The notes beneath the pieces are model-generated. The model saw only the letters and a list, made by a program, of their open reading frames with translations, was not told the DNA's origin and ran no database searches. This document shows, piece after piece, positions 56,420 to 64,000 of a stretch of 64,000 nt of DNA (positions are counted from its first letter, which is position 1; each line of letters starts with the position of its first letter). The position numbers and the translations under genes are program-made. Location of the stretch: positions 1,674,001 to 1,738,000 of the forward strand of contig SMSO01000033.1 of NCBI GenBank assembly GCA_004764695.1, in the 5' to 3' direction. This stretch comes from Schizochytrium sp. TIO01 (lineage: Eukaryota; Protista; Bigyra: Labyrinthulomycetes).

Positions 56420-59400
56420 ATGAGCAACAGTAATCCTTCCGAAGTTAGTCCAGGCAAACTTACATCGTCTCGACGCCGTAAAGATCCAGCTGTAGTGCCT
56501 CGGCAGGCGAACACATCTATTAAGGAGCAGGAACAGCAGAAAGGAGGCATGGCGCTGCAGAAGTCTCACCACGAGATTAGTTTTAAGGAAACCTCTAAAG
56601 GAGCAAATGAACAAAGCTCATCGGAGCACTTTGAAACACCATTATCAGGAGGCGGCCGAACTGACGAGCAGCCATGCAGGCTTTCGTCGGTGGGTCTTGG
56701 TAAGCGTCAATTATATGCCGTCATGAAGAAAAACCTCACTATGAAACGGAGACGACCACTAGAAACAGTTTTGGAAATCTTATCACCGATGTTGTTTGTG
56801 ATGGTTGTCGTTGCTTTCTTTAACATATCAAAGGTTGTCCGAAATGAGCAAGCCATATACGCATCTCGCTTCTATGACTTTGGGCGCCTCGCAGAGATTT
56901 TCAGAAACGTCTTGATAGATTTCCCAACGAAAGATGATGACCTCCTAGATTTATATTATGACTTAGATGCTGTACTTACAAAGGAGGGGCTTCGCAGCAT
57001 TCCAACGCTTGATGAGTACGTCTGGGTTCACCAGACCTTAAATAATACTGTCGGTCAAGAAACGTTAGATCTCGCTTCAGACCTAATTAGTCGCGTAGAA
57101 GGTGGGTACTGGTGGAATTTGTTCAGGCTTGGAAAAATTATTATAAGCCCAGACACCCCTGAAACTTTGCAATTTCGGCAATGGATGAACCACACATACA
57201 GATACTGGAGTGTTGTGGAAGGTCGAGTTTTTGGTACACTAAAGGAAGCTGCAGATTATCGTGACAGCGTTACTTTAGTAGAAGAAGAAGACGCAACAAA
57301 TCGCGTGTGGGCGCATCTTCACTTTGATTCGCTTGACTTTGATCAAAACCAATTTGAGTGTCGAATTCGCATGTCACATAGCGTGCTTCCGAGTACCGAA
57401 GAGACAATCAAGGAGTTTGCTCGAGAGCCAGGACTATCAAGTAACATGTATTACTGGTCTGGATTCCTTACTTTGCAGCGAGCGTTTGAGCTCTTTGTGG
57501 CTAATCGAACACATTCTCTGTACTCAACAGAAAATGCCCAAAGCTTGGCACAAAATTTGATTTCGATCGCTAACGATTATGCTGGACCGCTGAGCTATGC
57601 TATAGGAGGGAACAAGTACCTGACAAGCGTAATACTGTCGTCTGGAGCGATGGATTATATTGACGCTGATGCAATCTTTGACCTAGCTTTGGAAGTGTCT
57701 GGGTTTTCATCAATGCATAATTTAAGCGTTGAAGGTTCGCATATAGTTGACAAACTTCGAACTCTTCCAGCAGCACCTTACTCTTACTCGTTCGCTGATG
57801 ATTATAGCGCACCATTCCCCTCTCTTGCATGGGAGGTATCCGAATTCTACAGTAGATTCGGGTATATTACTGGGCTAATTATGGCCTGTGCGGTAGTTTA
57901 CCCTGTGTCACAATTGATCCTGGTAATTGTACAGGAAAAAGAAATTCGAATGAAAGAGATGATGAAAATTATGGGATTGCGGGAATGGGTTTTTCATGCC
58001 TCGTGGCTCATCACGTACACAACATTCTTTCTCATCCAAGCGCTGGCTCAAGCTGCTTACCTAAGCAATACAGTATTTGGCAAAGCCGACTTTTCACTCA
58101 TCCTACTCTTCATCTTCCTGTTCAATATGACGCTGATTGCGTTGGCTTTCATTATCTCTACTTTTTTTAATCGTGCTAAGCTCGCGAGTATGTTGGGACC
58201 GTTGGTCGTCTTTTGTATGGTCGTTCCAGCATATATTTTTACCTTTTATGAAACATATCAATTTGTTGCCGTGAAAAAGACTTTATCACTTCTTGCTCCA
58301 ACAGCCTATGCCTTGGGGTTAGATCGGATCATCGCGTACGAGCGCAATAGCATTAGTCTCACATGGGAGAATATGCACGAAGGAAGCATGCCATTTAGCT
58401 TTACTTTAGGTATGTTGGCCTTTGATTTCTTCCTATATTGTTTTATTGCGTGGTACCTAGATCAGGTATTGCCTACCAAATACGGTTCAAACCATCAAAG
58501 CCCGTTTTTCATTCTTAAACCTAAATTTTGGACACAGGTGTGTTCATCTTGGGTTAAAAGATTAAGCGGGAGTCGCCTAGAGCATTCACAAGAAGGCTCT
58601 ATTGAAGATCAGTTAAAGCGTGTTCGTACATGGAACACAAAACAGCCATCTGTAGAAATTAAAATGCTAACCAAGACATATGGCGGAGTAAAACGCAAGA
58701 CTGCAGTCAAAGGGATCACTCTTGACATGATGCACGGTGAGGTTACTTGTCTCTTAGGTACAAATGGTGCTGGAAAATCAACAACTATTTCAATGTTGTC
58801 AGGGCTTTATGAAACAACTAGTGGTGACGCTTATATTTATGGAGAGTCAATCGTAAGAGACATTACATCTATTCGGAAAATCATGGGCGTATGCCCACAG
58901 CACAACGTTCTGTACCCAGACCTTACAGTAAGAGAACATTTGGAGTTTTTTGCCGCACTGAAAGGCGTCACGGCTGATTATTTAGAACGTGAAGTATTTG
59001 AGATGGTTGCTGATTGTGACCTGATGAACAAAATTGACATACAGACGGCGCGTCTCTCAGGAGGTCAAAAGCGCAAGCTCAGCCTTGCCATCTCTCTTAT
59101 TGGAGATAGTAAAATTGTATTCCTTGATGAGCCAAGCGCAGGTATGGATGTGCAAAGTCGACGATCTATGATGAACCTGCTGCTGCGTCATAAACAAAAC
59201 CGAACAATTATCTTGACAACGCATCATCTGGAGGAAGCTGACTTGCTGGGTGATCGGATAGCAATCATGAAGGATGGTGTGATTGCCTGCCACGGCTCTC
59301 CACTTGAGCTAAAGCTTAAATATGGATTAGGTTACGTCATGCTCATGACCAAGATCGATCACAGCCAAAAGAGTGTTGAAAAGCTTAGCTCTTATGTTAA

Positions 59401-62400
59401 ACAACGTATCAAGTCAGCACAACTTTTGACCAACTCAGCTGGTGAAGTGTCATTTCAACTCCCTTCGAATGAGAATCGTGCATTAGCTGATCTCTTTTCT
59501 GATCTTGAACCTCGCCTGAAAGAGTTTAACATAAGTAGCTATGGAATTGCCATGACATCTTTAGAGGATGTTTTCCTCTCCGTAGCCGAAAAGGCAGAAC
59601 TGAATGCAAAATCAAATGAGTCAGAGCCTCAATCATCAGAAGGTCACGTTGCCTCCAAAATCGCCTCGTCATTGAAGGGTCATACAGCACAAGAAAAACA
59701 ACGTAGCTGGGATGTAAGCGGCGGAAACGTGTCGTATCGTGCACAGTATTGGCAAATTGTCCGTAAGCGTCTCATTGCTCTCAGGCGAGACCGCGGGTCT
59801 ATATTCCACGAGCTTTGCATGCCTCTCATTGTAGTAACAGCTGTTTTGTTTATTCTTTCAATCAAGCCAAAAGGTGCGGGGCCACCTCTAATGCTTTCCG
59901 CAAACTCGATGATGCATGGATTCGTCTTTGAAACACCAATCAATAGTCAAGACTCAGCAGATGCAATTTTCAATCAAAATTTAGGACAACGCCCAATACC
60001 AGACGCATTTGAATTTGCTCGCGTTTCGCCGAATGATCCTGAAAGTGAACTCACGTCACCTTATTTTAATGATGATCTGCAACTCTTTGACCATACTTGT
60101 CAATCAAGTATATGTTTGTCTTGGCGACAACTGTATAGTCAAATGAAGCTTGCCAAAAAGGGACGCTTCAGTGATGTTGATCTTAAACATAAAAGGTTAG
60201 ACATGTGTTCCTATCGGATTGGAGATAAGGCATATATTCCGATTAATTTTGGAAAAATCGCAGGTTTGAGTGCTGGAGATCAGGATTCTATCTTGAGCTG
60301 GGCGGCTGATGAATTGGACACGACAGTAAGCGAAGTGCAATCAATACGTGTTGACGCGCTATTGGACAAAAAACTTGCTCAATTATTAGAAACCCCAATT
60401 TCTCTAATGGGATTTGTAGGTGCTCAGACGACTCTGGACATGTACTCCTGGCTTTCCAATGTTTACAATCAGAGTATTGATTGGAACGATGCGGTTTTCT
60501 CTGGGGGCGAGGCTGGCTCCGATACAACTGGCTCTAATAACACTTCTTCTGCAATTGAAACAGTTGAAAGATGGATCCAAAACGCGCTTTTGGCTTTAGC
60601 AAATACCGGATATCTTAAAGGCGCCTTGGTGACCTTAGATAGTACCTCCGCAGGTGGACTTTTGATTGGATTAGCGTTCGACAAAGTTGTTCCTGAGATC
60701 TTTAGCTTATTTCCAAATATTGACGGGGGCGATCTTTCAATTCTACTTAGTTTTCTTCCTGAAAATACAACCAGTACAGGTGCTGCAATTATTGATGATG
60801 TTTTGGATTTAATCAACGAGCAAGCGAATCTGACAAATTATCTCAATACCAGTAAAACTTTGTCTGAAATCACTATTGAAGAGGTGTTGGAGGCATTAAA
60901 TATGGGCAGCGATCGTTACTATCGTGCCAGGGCATGTGAAGTAAATGTAACGGTTTCTGATATTGAGGCTGCATTTGGTATCAGTAACATGACAGAGGCA
61001 TTTGGCCTTACACGTGATTATACCAATGAAAAGAATGAACTATGCAGTGCAATTAATGATGGAAACATTGCTTTCACTCTTGCAGTGCTTTATGTCTCTG
61101 AATTTGGGTTTCCGACCGAGGGTCAAACATGGTCTCTAGCAAACGACATTTTCGGAGACATCCCTTACATACCCAAGAGTATGAGCTTTGCATCAATTCT
61201 AAGCATCCTTGGAGACGTTGGATCACTTACACTCAATAATCTTTTGGAGCAAGCGTCTGATTTTGAAAACGGACTATACTGGCTCGATATCCCTGGTGCT
61301 GACGGAATGACATTAGCGGACATTCTTCGATACATTGGAATTCCCCTGGATGGAGAGAGTAGCTTGATTTCTATGTGGCTAAATATGAATGGTTTTGCTA
61401 CGCTTGCTGGACAGTTCACATTTGGAACTTTAGTCGGTAAGCAAGATCTCAACTTGACAATCAACATCCCTTTATCAGTCTTATATTCTTCTACATCATC
61501 TCATTCGAAACCAGTTTGCATTAATGAGATTGCTGCAGCAAGAATCCGTGCTCAATCTCAAGACAAGGACGCATCATTCAAAGTGTGGAGCCAACCTTTC
61601 GAAACTTCCATGAAAGATAATGTTAAACGAGTGGTGTGGTTGGCCTTTTTCGCTGTCCTGTTTACTCTGGTTCCATTTTGCTATAATCCTGCATGTTATG
61701 GTATGCATGCAGTGCAAGAGCGTACCTCGCATGCCAAACACCTTATGTTTGTGAGTGGCTTGGGTTACAAAACCTATTGGCTTGGAAACCTTACCTTTGA
61801 TTATGCGTGCTATCTTATTGTTGCATTCTGGACAATGTTCTGCTTTGCGATCTCGGGCGCAATTGATTTTGCTGATCATCGGTCTTCTGTTGCAATTGGA
61901 ACTTGGTGCTTATTCCTATTGTATGGTCTCTCTGCAATTCCTCAAGCGTATTGCTTGTCTTTCCTTTTCTCAAACGACAGCACTGCTCAAATTGTTATCT
62001 CAATTTTCAACTTTGTTACAGGCTGGATGTTTGTAGTTACAGCTGTCTCACTTGACATCTACAGTCTCACTGAGACAAGTCAAATGCTACGAAAATTTTT
62101 CCGCTGGTTTCCAGCTTACAACCTTGGCGAAGGTCTTATAGCGGCTACAGAAGAAACAATTACACGGAATATACTTGAAGACGATTCGAAATGGAATGTT
62201 TTTGAATGGCATTACATCGGACGCAATCTTTTCGTTTTGTTTATGCTCTCTGTATTCTATTTTTTCTTGCTTGTCGTGATTGAGTGGTTGATGGGCAATG
62301 TTCGTTTTCACAAAACATTCAGTCGTTTACAACGCGGGCTTACAAGGCTTCTTGTTGGCCGTCACAGTAAGTCGTCAATCATGCCACTGCACGTGGCTGA

Positions 62401-63916
62401 CCGTGCAGATCAACTTCGGGAAGAGGTAGCCAACAACGAACCTATCTATGAGTTTAGCGATGACGAGGAAGAAGAAGCTTTAGAGACAGAGTCCAAGTCT
62501 GGAAGCCAGGTATCCGCCACCAGAGATGTTCGGCTGGATCGGCTCTACCATGGGCAAAACTCTTCCTCTACAGAGAAAGCGACAGGCGTCAAACAATTGG
62601 ATAAGGATGAATTGCAACAGTTCGACTTAGTTGACAAAAATGCAGAAGAGATCATGGAGCAAAATGAGAGCACCAAAGTTGTTGAAGGTGGCGTCTTAAG
62701 AAGAATGGAAACAAGTGGAACCACGGGCTATGAATTTGCACCGAACGTTAATAATAGTGTCAAAGCGCAACGCGTATCTCGCTACCTTTTCGATGAAGAC
62801 CAAGACGTCAGGGCCGAACGCCATCGTGTCTACCAACATGGTCAGAACGATGTTCTTCAACTTCGACTTTTGCGCAAAGTCTTTGCCCAGGCATTCTCGG
62901 GTAAAAAATTTGTAGCTGTACGTCAGCTAACTCTAGGTATCCGTCCCGGGGAATGTTTTGGGTTTCTTGGTACAAATGGTGCTGGTAAGACAACTACTAT
63001 GCGTATGATCACACGTGAATATATGCCCAGTGAGGGCAAAGTGTTGCTTCACGGGCATTCAATTTATCAATATTCCTCAAGCAAGGATATTGGGTATTGC
63101 CCTCAGTTTGACGCTTTGTTTCCTCGGCTTACTGCGCGTGAACATCTGGAAGTCTATGCAAATATTAAAGGTGTGCCGAAGGAACATGTTGGCAAACTGG
63201 TGCAGAAGCTCATGGAAGCTTGTGATCTTGGCCCTTTCGCAAATGTTTTAGCTTCAACGTACTCAGGTGGCACTAGAAGAAAACTTTCAATCGCAATTGC
63301 TCTAATTGGAAAACCCGATGTAATATTGCTTGATGAGCCAAGTGCAGGTGTGGATCCAGCTGCACGACGCCGCATTTGGGAAATCATCCATAGTTCAATG
63401 GATTCTTCTCGAAGCATTGTGCTTACAAGTCATTCTATGGAAGAATGCGAGGCTCTTTGTGACCGTGTAAGCATTATGGCAGGAGGAGTTATGCGTTGCA
63501 TTGGCACTTCGATGCATCTAAAATCTCGTTTCAGTTCTGGTTATGAGGTACAGATTCGTACGGAAACCCTTCAAGATTGCTTGACTGCTGTTGGCAATAT
63601 TCAAACCTCACTAGGCGCTCTTGTGAAAGAACAGTATGGCCCGCAAGCAACATTAAGCGTACCATTTGAAAGCTCAACGCTTTCTCATATTTTCAAGATG
63701 CTGGAGACAAATCGAATTGCTTGGAAGCTGACTTCCTATGGTGTTTCACAATCTTCACTCGAACAAGTTTTTATGAACATTGCAAATAAGTACAATACCT
63801 CAGAGCGACCAAAATACCACATAGACGCATCCTCCTATGCTTCAAAACATCAAAGCATGCGTGGCGGAGGGAGTTCTGGAATGTTCAGTCTTTTTACACA
63901 TTTCAGCCATAAGTAG
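56420..63916 (+). CDS. ABCA: Full-length ABCA-subfamily transporter (~2500 aa, single exon)
   Basis: KKNLTMKRR N-terminus, QEKEIRMKEMMKIMGL, two Walker A motifs (GTNGAGKST, GTNGAGKTT), signatures LSGGQKRKLS and YSGGTRRKLS, LDEPSAG twice, TTHHLEEAD/TSHSMEECE and SLEDVF/SLEQVF. First ATG is at 56420. Confidence 0.97.
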   Translation: MSNSNPSEVSPGKLTSSRRRKDPAVVPRQANTSIKEQEQQKGGMALQKSHHEISFKETSKGANEQSSSEHFETPLSGGGRTDEQPCRLSSVGLGKRQLYAVMKKNLTMKRRRPLETVLEILSPMLFVMVVVAFFNISKVVRNEQAIYASRFYDFGRLAEIFRNVLIDFPTKDDDLLDLYYDLDAVLTKEGLRSIPTLDEYVWVHQTLNNTVGQETLDLASDLISRVEGGYWWNLFRLGKIIISPDTPETLQFRQWMNHTYRYWSVVEGRVFGTLKEAADYRDSVTLVEEEDATNRVWAHLHFDSLDFDQNQFECRIRMSHSVLPSTEETIKEFAREPGLSSNMYYWSGFLTLQRAFELFVANRTHSLYSTENAQSLAQNLISIANDYAGPLSYAIGGNKYLTSVILSSGAMDYIDADAIFDLALEVSGFSSMHNLSVEGSHIVDKLRTLPAAPYSYSFADDYSAPFPSLAWEVSEFYSRFGYITGLIMACAVVYPVSQLILVIVQEKEIRMKEMMKIMGLREWVFHASWLITYTTFFLIQALAQAAYLSNTVFGKADFSLILLFIFLFNMTLIALAFIISTFFNRAKLASMLGPLVVFCMVVPAYIFTFYETYQFVAVKKTLSLLAPTAYALGLDRIIAYERNSISLTWENMHEGSMPFSFTLGMLAFDFFLYCFIAWYLDQVLPTKYGSNHQSPFFILKPKFWTQVCSSWVKRLSGSRLEHSQEGSIEDQLKRVRTWNTKQPSVEIKMLTKTYGGVKRKTAVKGITLDMMHGEVTCLLGTNGAGKSTTISMLSGLYETTSGDAYIYGESIVRDITSIRKIMGVCPQHNVLYPDLTVREHLEFFAALKGVTADYLEREVFEMVADCDLMNKIDIQTARLSGGQKRKLSLAISLIGDSKIVFLDEPSAGMDVQSRRSMMNLLLRHKQNRTIILTTHHLEEADLLGDRIAIMKDGVIACHGSPLELKLKYGLGYVMLMTKIDHSQKSVEKLSSYVKQRIKSAQLLTNSAGEVSFQLPSNENRALADLFSDLEPRLKEFNISSYGIAMTSLEDVFLSVAEKAELNAKSNESEPQSSEGHVASKIASSLKGHTAQEKQRSWDVSGGNVSYRAQYWQIVRKRLIALRRDRGSIFHELCMPLIVVTAVLFILSIKPKGAGPPLMLSANSMMHGFVFETPINSQDSADAIFNQNLGQRPIPDAFEFARVSPNDPESELTSPYFNDDLQLFDHTCQSSICLSWRQLYSQMKLAKKGRFSDVDLKHKRLDMCSYRIGDKAYIPINFGKIAGLSAGDQDSILSWAADELDTTVSEVQSIRVDALLDKKLAQLLETPISLMGFVGAQTTLDMYSWLSNVYNQSIDWNDAVFSGGEAGSDTTGSNNTSSAIETVERWIQNALLALANTGYLKGALVTLDSTSAGGLLIGLAFDKVVPEIFSLFPNIDGGDLSILLSFLPENTTSTGAAIIDDVLDLINEQANLTNYLNTSKTLSEITIEEVLEALNMGSDRYYRARACEVNVTVSDIEAAFGISNMTEAFGLTRDYTNEKNELCSAINDGNIAFTLAVLYVSEFGFPTEGQTWSLANDIFGDIPYIPKSMSFASILSILGDVGSLTLNNLLEQASDFENGLYWLDIPGADGMTLADILRYIGIPLDGESSLISMWLNMNGFATLAGQFTFGTLVGKQDLNLTINIPLSVLYSSTSSHSKPVCINEIAAARIRAQSQDKDASFKVWSQPFETSMKDNVKRVVWLAFFAVLFTLVPFCYNPACYGMHAVQERTSHAKHLMFVSGLGYKTYWLGNLTFDYACYLIVAFWTMFCFAISGAIDFADHRSSVAIGTWCLFLLYGLSAIPQAYCLSFLFSNDSTAQIVISIFNFVTGWMFVVTAVSLDIYSLTETSQMLRKFFRWFPAYNLGEGLIAATEETITRNILEDDSKWNVFEWHYIGRNLFVLFMLSVFYFFLLVVIEWLMGNVRFHKTFSRLQRGLTRLLVGRHSKSSIMPLHVADRADQLREEVANNEPIYEFSDDEEEEALETESKSGSQVSATRDVRLDRLYHGQNSSSTEKATGVKQLDKDELQQFDLVDKNAEEIMEQNESTKVVEGGVLRRMETSGTTGYEFAPNVNNSVKAQRVSRYLFDEDQDVRAERHRVYQHGQNDVLQLRLLRKVFAQAFSGKKFVAVRQLTLGIRPGECFGFLGTNGAGKTTTMRMITREYMPSEGKVLLHGHSIYQYSSSKDIGYCPQFDALFPRLTAREHLEVYANIKGVPKEHVGKLVQKLMEACDLGPFANVLASTYSGGTRRKLSIAIALIGKPDVILLDEPSAGVDPAARRRIWEIIHSSMDSSRSIVLTSHSMEECEALCDRVSIMAGGVMRCIGTSMHLKSRFSSGYEVQIRTETLQDCLTAVGNIQTSLGALVKEQYGPQATLSVPFESSTLSHIFKMLETNRIAWKLTSYGVSQSSLEQVFMNIANKYNTSERPKYHIDASSYASKHQSMRGGGSSGMFSLFTHFSHK

Positions 63917-64000
63917 CTTGAGGAAATTCTAATGAATATTACACCTTATCATTTTAAAATTCCTGAATTACTACCTGAATTACTCTGTTTTCAAGAGAAT

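Noticed and set aside
1-64000. Transposon, endogenous virus, rRNA or tRNA
   Set aside because: No transposase, RT, integrase or capsid ORFs, no terminal repeats, and no rRNA/tRNA signatures seen by eye; short degenerate elements could have been missed.

Overview
Eukaryotic nuclear DNA that is gene-dense and intron-poor, with canonical GT-AG introns, flagellar genes and tetranucleotide microsatellites between genes. This looks like a flagellated protist, most plausibly a thraustochytrid/labyrinthulomycete stramenopile (inference). I can support about 16 protein-coding genes: a secreted Cys-rich protein cut off at the left edge, a TRIC/TMEM38-like channel, two uncharacterised proteins, a SAM-domain protein, a long TTLL polyglutamylase, a 79-aa single-TM protein, a PH-PDZ-DH-PH RhoGEF, RPS3, REV1, glycine cleavage T-protein, a mitochondrial carrier, proteasome alpha-6 (PSMA1), DNAI7/CASC1, a CID-domain protein, an ankyrin-FN3-IQ protein and an ABCA transporter. 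Several exon structures were rebuilt by hand and differ from the ORF track. I found no rRNA, tRNA, CRISPR array, transposase or viral hallmark gene, and cannot point to one clear-cut novel multi-gene system. The best leads are: a +1 frame break in the TTLL gene at a GCG-UGA stop; a RhoGEF with a duplicated linker-PH unit and a CEH-type Cys/His insert in its DH domain; tandem LYPSL motifs in the SAM protein; a BRCT-less REV1 with a possibly spliced, uORF-containing leader; a cryptic three-exon frame at 2.3-3.1 kb; and two gene-free blocks.
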